64,000 nucleotides of DNA from an uncultured Nitrososphaerota archaeon (GTDB lineage: Archaea > Thermoproteota > Nitrososphaeria > Nitrososphaerales > Nitrosopumilaceae). Shown here one piece after another: positions 21,132 to 30,977 of this stretch; the stretch's first letter is position 1, and every line of letters begins with the position of its first letter. The DNA is taken from assembly GCA_963701075.1 (NCBI GenBank), contig OY969559.1, positions 1,024,001 through 1,088,000 on the forward strand, written 5' to 3'. Below the pieces are notes generated by a model. It saw only the letters and a list, made by a program, of their open reading frames with translations. It searched no databases and was not told the origin of the DNA. A program made the translations under genes and the position numbers.

Positions 21132-21451
21132 ATTTTGTTCTCATTTACAACCTTCTTGCGAGGGAATAATTTTTCGTATGGCTCTAAAATGGTTCTACAA
21201 AATTCTATTCCCTTTGAAGTAGGATTGTAAATTGTAACAGTTCTTTTTCCTAATGCTTTCTTAGAGCTTATTATCAAATTGTTTGACTCAAGCTCATCAA
21301 GTATGGGTTTGTGTTTTTTGAGGTTTAAACCACAAAAGCTAACCAAAGCTGTCTGATTCAAATCTCCATACTGGACCAACATCAAAATTATGTCTTTTAT
21401 AATATAGATTCGGTCTCTATATGTACTTGAACCAGACATTTGTCGTCTCAA
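21128..21451 (-). CDS. Winged-helix transcription regulator
   Basis: YRDRIYIIKDII...LNQTALVSFCGLN...YNPTSKG. Confidence 0.82.
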   Translation of the reverse strand: MRRQMSGSSTYRDRIYIIKDIILMLVQYGDLNQTALVSFCGLNLKKHKPILDELESNNLIISSKKALGKRTVTIYNPTSKGIEFCRTILEPYEKLFPRKKVVNENKI

Positions 21452-21505
21452 TTATACCTGCTAAATATATCTCTGATTGTCGTATTATGTGCCTTGACTT
21501 GTTTT

Positions 21506-22948
21506 TTAGTATCCTTTTGCAAACATGACATCTATCTTGCTTGGGCTTTTGCAAACTATGCATGGGGCATTTGATCTTTTTCCATCGAATGGTATGACAC
21601 GAATGTCTGCTCCGGTAGATTCTTTGATCATTTCCTCACATTTTTGGTCTCCACACCATGGGGAATAGAGAAACATTCCGTTCTCTATCTCTTTTTTGAA
21701 CTGCTCCAAATCCACGATATTTTGTATCCTGTCACTAAGAAATTTTTTCGCTTTCTCGAAGAGGCCTCTTTGGATCTCATCTAGCATTTTAACAATTCCG
21801 TCTTCAGCATTGTCAAAAGAAAGATCGGATTTCTTTAGGCTGTCACGTTGTACTAGAACCATTTTGTTTTTTGGTAGATCTCTGGGGCCAATCTCAACTC
21901 TGAGTGGAACACCTTTCATCTCCCAATCATTGAATTTGTAGCCAGGAGTAAACTCGTCCCTGGAATCTATATGGATTCTCAAACCTTTCTTTGTAAGAAT
22001 CTCATTGAGCTCATTTGCTTTTTTCAAGACAGCATCCTTGTCAGATTGAGAAGAATAGATGGGAACTATAATTACTTGGATAGGTGCTACGCGAGGTGGT
22101 AAGACTAATCCTTTGTCATCGCCATGAACCATTATCAAAGCGCCGATGAGTCGCCAAGAAACCCCCCATGAGGTCTGCCACGCAAAAGTCTCTATATTCT
22201 GTTTATCCAGATACTTTACATCAAATGGCTTTGAAAAGTTTTGACCTAGAAAATGTGAAGTACCCATTTGTAATGCCTTTCCATCAGGCATGATTGATTC
22301 CATGGTTGTTGTATAGACTGCACCTACAAACTTCTCCTTCTCACTCTTTTTTCCTAGTATGACTGGAATAGCTAGTTCATCTTCCACTGTTCTTCTGTAT
22401 ATGTCAAGTATGACTGCGACCTCTTCTTCTGCCTCTTCTTTTGTTGCGTGTACAGTATGTCCTTCTTGCCATAAAAACTCTGATGTTCTAAGAAACGGTT
22501 TTGTGGACTTGATCTCGGCTCGCAACGCAGAATTCCAAAAATTAATCTTGAGAGGCAGGTCTCTCCAACTCTTTATCCATTTTGAATACATGGAATATGC
22601 AAGGGTCTCAGAGGTAGGCCTAAGCGCTAATCTGTCTCCAATCTCAGTATCACCTGAATGTGTGACCCAAAAGACCTCGGGTGTAAAACCTGCGAAATGT
22701 GTTGTCTCCTTGCTTAATAGTGACTCTGGAATGAGCACTGGAAGAAATCCGTTTTCATGGCCAGTTGCCTTTAGTTTTTGATCAACTGACGACTTGATAT
22801 ATTCCCATATTGAATAACCGTATGGTCTCAGTACAATTAACCCCTTGACTGGCGCATAGTCTGTAAGTTGTGCTTTTATCACTACCTGTGTATACCATTC
22901 GCTAAAATCTTCATTCTTTTTTACCGTGATTCCAATCTCTTTACTCAA
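21506..22948 (-). CDS. proS: Proline--tRNA ligase (archaeal/eukaryotic type)
   Basis: FSEWY, LRPTSET, FLRTSEFLWQEGHT, TSWGVSWR, C-terminal Zn site. Confidence 0.97.
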   Translation of the reverse strand: MSKEIGITVKKNEDFSEWYTQVVIKAQLTDYAPVKGLIVLRPYGYSIWEYIKSSVDQKLKATGHENGFLPVLIPESLLSKETTHFAGFTPEVFWVTHSGDTEIGDRLALRPTSETLAYSMYSKWIKSWRDLPLKINFWNSALRAEIKSTKPFLRTSEFLWQEGHTVHATKEEAEEEVAVILDIYRRTVEDELAIPVILGKKSEKEKFVGAVYTTTMESIMPDGKALQMGTSHFLGQNFSKPFDVKYLDKQNIETFAWQTSWGVSWRLIGALIMVHGDDKGLVLPPRVAPIQVIIVPIYSSQSDKDAVLKKANELNEILTKKGLRIHIDSRDEFTPGYKFNDWEMKGVPLRVEIGPRDLPKNKMVLVQRDSLKKSDLSFDNAEDGIVKMLDEIQRGLFEKAKKFLSDRIQNIVDLEQFKKEIENGMFLYSPWCGDQKCEEMIKESTGADIRVIPFDGKRSNAPCIVCKSPSKIDVMFAKGY

Positions 22949-22990
22949 TTTACATCATTTTGCAGTTTATCCTAATGAGCCTTTGTTCTT

Positions 22991-23284
22991 CTACAAAGGG
23001 TCGCCCTTGCAAAGAACTTTTCCAGTTATTCTGCTTTGAAAATTAGGGCAGACAAAACATTGGATAAATGGTACCTCTTTTTTCAAAACAGGACAGTCTA
23101 CGGATTCCTCTTTCATTTTTTTCAGCATCTTGGGACTAACTCCCTTCAACTTTAATTTTCCTTTATCATCCATCATTCCGGATGCTTTTAGCTCTTCTTT
23201 TGTTTGGTCTGATAGCTTGTTTGATGTTGAAGCAGCCCTGATTGTAACTTCGTATTTGTGTGGAAGCTCGCTCATAATCTTCAT
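22991..23284 (-). CDS. Small Cys-motif (putative metal-binding) hypothetical protein
   Basis: CP-x9-CxxCPN-x9-C at the C-terminus. Confidence 0.7.
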   Translation of the reverse strand: MKIMSELPHKYEVTIRAASTSNKLSDQTKEELKASGMMDDKGKLKLKGVSPKMLKKMKEESVDCPVLKKEVPFIQCFVCPNFQSRITGKVLCKGDPL

Positions 23285-23375
23285 CTTAGATATCTTGAAT
23301 ATATTGCTAGTGGTGGAAAGATCTAAGATCGCTTAAGATTAATATAATCTCCATCATTTCACAAAGCGGAAACTG

Positions 23376-24026
23376 ATGTTAGCAATTTTTGATGTGGAAG
23401 GTGTATTACTTGATGCAGAATTCCTTCCAATATTGGCAGAAAAAATTAACAAACAAGATGAGATCTGGGAAATTACAAGAAAAGGAATTGAAGGAATAAT
23501 AAACTGGGAAGAAGGACTAAAGAAGAGAATAGAACTTCTCAGAGGAATAAACTATGAAACTTGCACAGAAGTTGCTGATTCACTTAGGATAATGACCGGT
23601 GCAAGAGAAGCATGTCATGCTCTCAAGGCTGCTGGCTGGAGACTGATGGCAGTATCAGGGGGATTCACTATAATGACTGATAGGCTACGCGAAGAACTGG
23701 GGTTGGACTATGTCTTTTCAAACGAATTAATTTTCAAAAACGGCAAACTTGATGGTGTTACAATAAATGTCACTTCTGACAAAGCCAAATCAGCTATAAT
23801 AAAGATAAAGGAATGGAAAGAAAAGAAGGAGGATATAGCAGTTGTCGTTGACGGCGCAAACGATGTGAAATTATTTGATATATGTGGACTAGGTGTAGCG
23901 TTTCGAGCCCAGGATATTGTCAAAGACTTGGCTACTGTAACACTAGAAGAGAAAGATCTTTCAAAACTGATTGATATAATAAACACGCATTATGGACTGA
24001 AGATACAGTTACAAACTGTTGCTTGA
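23376..24026 (+). CDS. serB: Phosphoserine phosphatase (HAD)
   Basis: FDVEGVL, VSGGF, DGAND. Confidence 0.88.
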   Translation: MLAIFDVEGVLLDAEFLPILAEKINKQDEIWEITRKGIEGIINWEEGLKKRIELLRGINYETCTEVADSLRIMTGAREACHALKAAGWRLMAVSGGFTIMTDRLREELGLDYVFSNELIFKNGKLDGVTINVTSDKAKSAIIKIKEWKEKKEDIAVVVDGANDVKLFDICGLGVAFRAQDIVKDLATVTLEEKDLSKLIDIINTHYGLKIQLQTVA

Positions 24027-24066
24027 GCAGAATATGATTTTAAGCAGCTAGGTAATAGGTTGCTAG

Positions 24067-24807
24067 ATGACATTAGAGATTATTCCAGTGCATGTTGAAA
24101 ATGAAATCAAACCCGGAGATGATCTAATTGGGTTGATGCTTGTCTCAAATTCAGGATCAAATCTACAAGATGGCGACATTCTAGTTTTTACACAGAAAAT
24201 CATCTCAAAACAAGAAGGACGAATTGTAAATCTTTCAAATGTTAAACCTACTCTCCTTGCTACTGGTATATCTAGTGAATACAGAAAGGATCCTCGAATT
24301 GTACAGCTGATACTTGATCAATCGAAACGTATAGTCAGAATGCGTAATGGCATAATAATTTCAGAGACAATTCACGGTTTCATCTGTGCAAATGCGGGGG
24401 TGGATGAAAGCAATATAGAAGAAGGGTATGCAACTTTGTTACCACATAATGCTGACACATCAGCTGAAACATTACGTAAACAAGTAAAAGAAAAAACTGG
24501 AAAAAACATAGCTGTTATCATATCTGATACATTTGGACGTCCGTTTAGGCAAGGTCAAACTAATGCGGCTGTTGGAATTTCTGGAATTGCCTCTGTATTG
24601 GACTATATTGGGGCAAAAGATACCTTTGGAAGGACTCTCCGTGTAACTTCTATTGCTATTGTAGATGAAATATGCTCAGCTACTGAACTTGTTATGGGCA
24701 AATCACTTCACGTACCGATATCTATAGTGAGAAATTATCATTTCGATGATGCAAAAAATACAATAAATGATATTATTAGACCGCGATCCGAAGATCTATT
24801 TAGGTAA
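24067..24807 (+). CDS. cofE: Coenzyme F420-0:L-glutamate ligase
   Basis: KIISKQEG, CANAGVDESN, SDTFGRPFR, EDLFR. Confidence 0.94.
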   Translation: MTLEIIPVHVENEIKPGDDLIGLMLVSNSGSNLQDGDILVFTQKIISKQEGRIVNLSNVKPTLLATGISSEYRKDPRIVQLILDQSKRIVRMRNGIIISETIHGFICANAGVDESNIEEGYATLLPHNADTSAETLRKQVKEKTGKNIAVIISDTFGRPFRQGQTNAAVGISGIASVLDYIGAKDTFGRTLRVTSIAIVDEICSATELVMGKSLHVPISIVRNYHFDDAKNTINDIIRPRSEDLFR

Positions 24808-24862
24808 GTAAAAATTTTTGAAAACAAAGATTATATTCATAGGTTGGGAGAAGCGATAAACA

Positions 24863-25783
24863 TTGGATGATTTACGGGCAGAACTACACTGTCACAACGA
24901 ATTTTCGAATTTTCAGCTTGGTTTGAAAGAAACTCCGTATGACTGTGGTATAACAATACAAGAACAACTAGAACAAGCATACAAAACTGGTCTAGATGCC
25001 TTCTTTATTACAAATCATAATACATTAGATGGATACAACCAGCTTTTAGGTTACAAAGAAAACCATGAAAAATTCAAAAATATTCAAGTCTATCCAGGTG
25101 AAGAAGTTACAACAGATCAAGGAATCCATGTGTTAACATATGGAATAACCAAGACGATAAGATCAGGTCAAAGTTTTGAAGAAATACTTGATATAGTAAA
25201 ATCACAAGACGCTGTTTCTTGTGCTCCTCATCCTTTTGCGCTAAATAATGGACTACGAGAAAAGGCAATTCTCTGTGATCTGATTGAAGTCTTTAACAGC
25301 AATAATGTTGATAGATATTCAAATCTTAGGGCTTCTCATTTTGCAAAAGCAAATAATATGACAGAAGTGGCAGGAAGTGATTCTCATGTTGTTTCCACAC
25401 TGGGTAGATGTATTGATGTTATTCAGGCAGAAAATACTCTAGACAATGTGTTGCGAGCAATGAGAAGAGGAAAAATCACAATTGAGAACACTGGTTATAT
25501 TACTAGCAAAGAAATGATAGAACACGCGAAATACAAAATTGAAAATTCAAAAGATGATATTATGAGATATTTCAAAGAAAATCATCCTCATCTAACGGGA
25601 GTTTGTAGTTTTCTGATAGATGTATTTGAATCGAATCCAAATAGTATGGTCTGGAGAGCAGTATATCAAGTAGCAGTACATCTTACTACAAAACTATCGA
25701 ACAAAATTAATTTCAAAAATCAAGATTATAATATATTGTATGAGCGTAATCTCAGAGCGATATTACCGATGATCCTAACCTGA
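24863..25783 (+). CDS. PHP-domain phosphoesterase
   Basis: ELHCH, ITNHN, PHPF, GSDSH. Confidence 0.88.
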   Translation: MDDLRAELHCHNEFSNFQLGLKETPYDCGITIQEQLEQAYKTGLDAFFITNHNTLDGYNQLLGYKENHEKFKNIQVYPGEEVTTDQGIHVLTYGITKTIRSGQSFEEILDIVKSQDAVSCAPHPFALNNGLREKAILCDLIEVFNSNNVDRYSNLRASHFAKANNMTEVAGSDSHVVSTLGRCIDVIQAENTLDNVLRAMRRGKITIENTGYITSKEMIEHAKYKIENSKDDIMRYFKENHPHLTGVCSFLIDVFESNPNSMVWRAVYQVAVHLTTKLSNKINFKNQDYNILYERNLRAILPMILT

Positions 25784-25854
25784 GTAATTTTTCTTGCGTA
25801 CATGAATAGCTTTTAATATTACTTTACTAGCTTTTTGTTTACAGGCGAATAGAT

Positions 25855-26094
25855 ATTTCAGAATTATCTCCAACCAAGACAATTGATGTTCGAGGAATGT
25901 TCTGCCCAGAACCTGTCTTTAGAACGAAGATAGAGATGGAAAGAATGGTAGTAGGAAACATTCTGAAAATTATTGCGGACGATCCGGCCTCTGAAGAAGA
26001 TATCTCGCGATGGGTAAACAGAAATGGACACCAATTACTTGGTATAAACAAAGCTGGTAAAGATCTTGAGTTTACCATTAAAAAGGTGAAGTAG
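25855..26094 (+). CDS. tusA: TusA/SirA-family sulfur carrier
   Basis: TIDVRGMFCPEP...IIADDPASEEDI; the frame is open upstream of ATG 25897 and the start is probably a non-canonical ATT at 25855. Confidence 0.85.
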   Translation: MSELSPTKTIDVRGMFCPEPVFRTKIEMERMVVGNILKIIADDPASEEDISRWVNRNGHQLLGINKAGKDLEFTIKKVK

Positions 26095-27096
26095 TTGGCT
26101 ACTAAGGCAATAAATGATGCAGAGACACTTCTGAAAAAAATTGGTAATACACCTATTGTGAAACTGGCATCTCTTTCAAACAATCAGGTAGAGTTTTACG
26201 CAAAATTAGAATCTCATAATCCATTTGGCTCTGTAAAAGACAGAGCTGCGTTTTGGATGATAAAAATGGCAGAAGAAAACGGTCTCATAAAAAGGGGGCA
26301 TAGTGTGATAATTGAACCAACTTCAGGAAATACTGGGATTGCTCTTGCAGGAATTGCAAAACTTCTTGGATATAAAGTGGAAATTGTAATTCCTGAAAAG
26401 GCAAGCGAAGAAACGAAGAAGATAATCGAATCTTTAGGAGCTGTTTTATATCAAACAAGCGATGACCTGTGCCCAAAAGTTGGAGCTGGTACAGATCAGA
26501 GCATTGCACTAGCAAAATCAATCGCATCAGCAAGACCTGACAAGTACTATTCTCCTAATCAATATTCAAACGAGGCAAATTTCATGGGTCATTACAAGGG
26601 CACTGGTCCTGAGATTTGGGATCAGACAAAGGGAAAGATAACTCATTTTTTCTCAGGGGTAGGAACTGGAGGCACTATCACCGGAATAGGTGCATATTTG
26701 AAAGAGAAAAATCCAAACATAAAGATTATTGCAGTACAACCGCAGCAAAATCACTTAATTCAAGGCCTGAGAAATTTTGAGGAATCTGCAAAACCTGATC
26801 TCTTTATCAAACGTGAGCAGGTAGTTGATGATTGGATTACAATTACAAACGATGAAGCATTTATTGCTGTAAAAGAAATATATGAAAAAGAAGGAATGTT
26901 GGTCAGCCCATCATCTGCTACAGTGTATACTGCAATGAAAAAATATGGCATTGAAAAGGGTCACGTGGTCGGAATATTTGCTGACGATGGTAGAAAGTTC
27001 AAAAGTCTCTATACTCAACAGAAAATATTCACTGATGAGGAATTTGATAAAGCATTACAAGCGGCAAAATACCTATCGCCTCCACCGTTTTCCTGA
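26095..27096 (+). CDS. cysM: PLP-dependent cysteine synthase family protein (CysK/CysM)
   Basis: GNTP, NPFGSVKDR, EPTSGNTG, GVGTGGT. Confidence 0.88.
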   Translation: MATKAINDAETLLKKIGNTPIVKLASLSNNQVEFYAKLESHNPFGSVKDRAAFWMIKMAEENGLIKRGHSVIIEPTSGNTGIALAGIAKLLGYKVEIVIPEKASEETKKIIESLGAVLYQTSDDLCPKVGAGTDQSIALAKSIASARPDKYYSPNQYSNEANFMGHYKGTGPEIWDQTKGKITHFFSGVGTGGTITGIGAYLKEKNPNIKIIAVQPQQNHLIQGLRNFEESAKPDLFIKREQVVDDWITITNDEAFIAVKEIYEKEGMLVSPSSATVYTAMKKYGIEKGHVVGIFADDGRKFKSLYTQQKIFTDEEFDKALQAAKYLSPPPFS

Positions 27097-28065
27097 TTAT
27101 TTTCTTCTGCTTTCTGACAGGTATTTGTCAACATCTATGGCTGCCATGCAACCGAATCCTGCTGCAGTAATTGCCTGTCGGTATCTATGATCATGAACAT
27201 CGCCAGCAGCGAAGACTCCGTCTATGTTAGTGTGTGTATGATTTTTGAGTACTATGTAGCCTTGATCGTTTAACTCGATTTGACCTTTGAACAACTTGGT
27301 ATTTGGCTCATGACCTATTGCAACAAATAAGCCGCCCACATCCATTGCCTCCTGATGATTAGTTGTTATGTCTCGTATCATGATTTGGTTTACTTTTTCA
27401 CTTCCTTTGATCTCATCAATCACGGAATTCCAATGAAACTTGATCTTGTTATTTTCAAATGCCCTATCTTGCATTATTTTACTTGCTCTAAGCTTATCTT
27501 TTCTATGAATGACATGTACATTTTTTGCAAATTTAGTAAGAAATATGGCTTCTTCCATGGCAGAATCTCCGCCGCCTGCCACAACTATTTCTTGATTCTT
27601 GAAAAATGGACCATCGCAAGTAGCACAATATGATACTCCCTTGGCGCTAAACTCTTGTTCTCCTTTTGCACCTAGTTTTCTAGGGCTTGCACCAGTTGCA
27701 ATTATGACAGCGTCTGCTTCATATTCTTCAGAGTATGTTAATACCTTGAATGGCTTTCTTCTAAAATCTACATTTACTACCTCATCATCAATGATTGTGG
27801 CCCCCATCCTCTCTGTCTGTTTTCTCATTGTAGTCATCAGCTCGGGACCTAGGATGCCATCTGAAAAGCCTGGATAGTTTTCAACTTCTGTAGTAAGCAT
27901 TAGTTGACCACCAGGTAGCACTCCTGAAATTACCAGCGTATCACGTTTGGCTCTTGATGTGTAAATGGCGGCAGTGTATCCAGAGGGACCAGCTCCAATT
28001 ATTATCACATCAAACTTTTTCTTTGCTTCTGGCTTGTTACTTTCTGCCCTAATTTCTGCCTGCAT
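27097..28065 (-). CDS. trxB: Thioredoxin reductase
   Basis: GAGPSG, CATCDG, GGGDSA, FAAGDV. Confidence 0.96.
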   Translation of the reverse strand: MQAEIRAESNKPEAKKKFDVIIIGAGPSGYTAAIYTSRAKRDTLVISGVLPGGQLMLTTEVENYPGFSDGILGPELMTTMRKQTERMGATIIDDEVVNVDFRRKPFKVLTYSEEYEADAVIIATGASPRKLGAKGEQEFSAKGVSYCATCDGPFFKNQEIVVAGGGDSAMEEAIFLTKFAKNVHVIHRKDKLRASKIMQDRAFENNKIKFHWNSVIDEIKGSEKVNQIMIRDITTNHQEAMDVGGLFVAIGHEPNTKLFKGQIELNDQGYIVLKNHTHTNIDGVFAAGDVHDHRYRQAITAAGFGCMAAIDVDKYLSESRRK

Positions 28066-28109
28066 AAATAAAATTCATCTACAGTTCATATTTAAATTAT
28101 GCACCGATT

Positions 28110-28883
28110 TCAGAGATTATCAAGTGTGTTTTGGTGCTGATCACATAACTTTCCCATTTCTATTTGTGCATGCAAAAGTTCTTCTTGCCAATGCGCGTTG
28201 TGCAGGATGCATTTCTTTGATTCACAAAAAGGAATTCCTGTAAGATGATAAAATATGGCTTGTAAAGCATATCCTCTAACAACCAAACGCAATCGCTCAT
28301 CATGATATTCTAGAAATCTTCCTCTGAATTCTTGTTTAATTGTGTCTAGATTCAGACCTTGTGAAATTTTTTCGTGCAAACGGAGGTAATAATCACATGG
28401 TTTTGCAGGTGCTTCAATCATACCTGTAGTGGAAATGATGGAAGGGTTAGAACATATCACGGCTCTCCCATGATATCTGTAGTCATCATAATCATAACTG
28501 CAAGTCAATCTTGTTGTAAATATGATATGAAATTCGTCAGATGATAATTCTGAATCAGGTATGATATCTCTAAAAATGTTTTGAAGTTCAAAACCGTCGT
28601 ACAAAATTATATTGTTTGATGTATGTGTTGTTTCTTCTAATTGCTTTTCAAATGTTATCTCTTCTGCTGTAGGCATGTGTTTCTCAAAAGGCACGTAGGG
28701 GTTGAAAACTCTACATGCGGCTAATTGCTGGAAGGTTTTTTCTTGTACATGAAAATGCTGAAAAAAACTCTGTCGTACTTCGGTGCTTATTCCACTTTGT
28801 TTCTGTATGAACTCGGCAAGTTCGTTGATCCTGATCTCTGGTATGCTTGGTTCGTCGTACAAAAATAGTTTAGATATTCTCAA
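28110..28883 (-). CDS. Archaeal putative metallopeptidase (DUF6775-like)
   Basis: RYHGRAVI, STTGMIEAPAKP, C-x4-C-x-LHNAHWQEELLHAQ...C. Confidence 0.75.
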   Translation of the reverse strand: MRISKLFLYDEPSIPEIRINELAEFIQKQSGISTEVRQSFFQHFHVQEKTFQQLAACRVFNPYVPFEKHMPTAEEITFEKQLEETTHTSNNIILYDGFELQNIFRDIIPDSELSSDEFHIIFTTRLTCSYDYDDYRYHGRAVICSNPSIISTTGMIEAPAKPCDYYLRLHEKISQGLNLDTIKQEFRGRFLEYHDERLRLVVRGYALQAIFYHLTGIPFCESKKCILHNAHWQEELLHAQIEMGKLCDQHQNTLDNL

Positions 28884-28908
28884 TAATAAAATACTGATTC
28901 TAGTTGAT

Positions 28909-29727
28909 TTATCTTCTTAGCTCTTTTATTTTGGATGCTGTAATCTCGGCTGCTTTCTTGCCTGATAGCAACATGGAACCATATGTTGGCCCCATTCTTG
29001 CTATGCCATAGGTTTCTGTTACGGACATGCCTGTTGCTACAAGGCCAGGGAAAACTTCACCAGTGTGATGTACTACTTTATTTTCCCCATCATCTACCCA
29101 CATGGGATCCATGCCTTTCCATTCCACAAGCTTTCTGTCCACCAATCTCTTTATGGCTACTGAATCATGACCTGATGCATCTATGACCATCTTGGATTCT
29201 AAAGCAACTGGGTCAACACAAGTTATGTTTCTTGGAAGAGCTGACACGGGCATCCAATTTACTACAATGCCGCTTACTCTTCCATTCTTTAATATCAAAT
29301 CATCAAATTTTGTTAGATTCAAGAATTTTACTCCTGCATCACAAGCTGCAGCTATTAATTTTGAAACTGCATGTGGTCCGGGCGTAAGATAAAGTCCCTC
29401 TCTTACCTTCTTGTAGGGAATTCCTAATTCATCCCAGATCTTTTGTGCGGGGGCTCTCACTGTTACTGGATTCATCATATATCCTCCTAGCCAGTATCCG
29501 CCTCCGAGGTAGTTGTTTTGTTCTATGACTAGAACTCTGAATCCCATCAACGCGAGTTCTCTGCTTGCAGTCAAACCTGCTGGACCTGCACCTATAATTA
29601 TTACATCAGAGTCTGCTCTGTCTACAAGTACTGAATGAAATTCATCAGCGATTGCTCGTGTGATTTCTTTCTCATCAACATCTGCAAAGATTTTAGGTAC
29701 TTCATCTTTATGAGTAGCCGTTTGCAT
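28909..29727 (-). CDS. thi4: Thiazole synthase Thi4 (Cys-type)
   Basis: GAGPAGL, GGGYWLGG, TCVDP, DASGHD, RMGPTYGSMLLSG. Confidence 0.94.
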   Translation of the reverse strand: MQTATHKDEVPKIFADVDEKEITRAIADEFHSVLVDRADSDVIIIGAGPAGLTASRELALMGFRVLVIEQNNYLGGGYWLGGYMMNPVTVRAPAQKIWDELGIPYKKVREGLYLTPGPHAVSKLIAAACDAGVKFLNLTKFDDLILKNGRVSGIVVNWMPVSALPRNITCVDPVALESKMVIDASGHDSVAIKRLVDRKLVEWKGMDPMWVDDGENKVVHHTGEVFPGLVATGMSVTETYGIARMGPTYGSMLLSGKKAAEITASKIKELRR

Positions 29728-29763
29728 GAAAAATACCCTTAGAACAGCACATTAATAGTTTGC

Positions 29764-30783
29764 TCAGTTTAAAAACGTGTCTTCAAATGATTTAATGCAT
29801 TCTCTTATGTGCATCTTTTTTGTGGGATTCTTAAATGCATAAGCCGAAATGATATCTGTTTTTGTAAGATCTTTTTTAGTTAACCCATCCTTTGCGGCCC
29901 TGAGCGCGTCAACTATCACATTACAGCCATTAGTACTATCATTTGTTCTAAGTGATAGATCCATTTCTATTGTTGAACCAAGAAATCCTTTGGCCTCCAT
30001 CCAATAATAGCTGACTCTGGAATCGCCAAGTTGCTCTGCATATTCTGTCGTACCGGCAGTAGACCTGAAAGGATACGGTGCTTCAATTGCAATGGATTCT
30101 GTTTTGATGCTTCTCTTTTTCTCTCTTGTTTCTTCAGCCATTGTATTCATGGTGTCTTGATTTCCTCCTACATCAAGCTGGTATGCTTTCTGGATCTTGA
30201 TGCCTCGATTTGTCATAAAGTCTATCATTCCTCGATGAAAGGCAGTTCCACCAAACTGACTCATTAAATCATCTCCTAGAATCATTAACCCCTTTGTTTC
30301 AAACGCCTTTTTTGTCTTGTCGGTTACAATCTTGGAAGATGTAGCGTTAAAAAAAGAACAGCCGGCATCTAACGCTGCCTCAGAATATTTTTCTGATGTC
30401 TTATCAAGTCCAGAAGAAATCGCGTTAATGAGAAAATCTGGTTTGATAGCCTTGAGGGATTTAACAAATTCATCATAACTTACAGATTTTATCTGACCAC
30501 TCTGGTTAATGTGGAGAGGTATCGGATCTGACATTATTCCAGGCTGAATTACAATGTCTGAAAAATCTGTTTTGTAATCTGTGATCAACTGACCTATTTT
30601 TTTTCCTACTTTAGAAGGATCTATGTCAAAAACTGCTGAGATTGTTATGTCGTTCAGGGTTAATCCTGAAATCTTTGGGTGCCAAAGCCCCTCGATTGAG
30701 TTTTTGTAGAATTCTAAGCCTTTTGCCAGAGTTAATGTTACATTTCCGCTTCCAACAACTGCAATCTTGATTTTATCTGACAC
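29764..30783 (-). CDS. ino1: myo-inositol-1-phosphate synthase
   Basis: VGSGN, GDDLMSQFGGT, YQLDVGGNQD, KKRSIKT. Confidence 0.88.
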   Translation of the reverse strand: MSDKIKIAVVGSGNVTLTLAKGLEFYKNSIEGLWHPKISGLTLNDITISAVFDIDPSKVGKKIGQLITDYKTDFSDIVIQPGIMSDPIPLHINQSGQIKSVSYDEFVKSLKAIKPDFLINAISSGLDKTSEKYSEAALDAGCSFFNATSSKIVTDKTKKAFETKGLMILGDDLMSQFGGTAFHRGMIDFMTNRGIKIQKAYQLDVGGNQDTMNTMAEETREKKRSIKTESIAIEAPYPFRSTAGTTEYAEQLGDSRVSYYWMEAKGFLGSTIEMDLSLRTNDSTNGCNVIVDALRAAKDGLTKKDLTKTDIISAYAFKNPTKKMHIRECIKSFEDTFLN

Positions 30784-30918
30784 GCAATTTTTCCTCGTCG
30801 ATCTTCATTTAACTCTTTTCTGATATTGTTATTCGGAAAGGTCGTCTTTTCTTAATGGATTCCCCTTTTTGATGTAAATGTTGATGGAGTGGAAAATCCT
30901 GCCACTATATCCTTGGTT

Positions 30919-30957
30919 AGTGCATATCTGGCGTCTAGTTTAAAATTTATATGCACT
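30919..30957. promoter_or_regulatory. 9-bp inverted repeat at the putative TATA box of the sulfite reductase gene
   Basis: AGTGCATAT (30919-30927) ... ATATGCACT (30949-30957); TTTATAT at 30946-30952, ~26 nt before the TTG start. Confidence 0.45.
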
Positions 30958-30977
30958 TCGCAAAGTAGCTACAATAA

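Noticed and set aside
30828-30905. Short minus-strand ORF (MAGFSTPSTF...) upstream of ino1
   Set aside because: Only 25 codons with no motif; lies in a divergent promoter region
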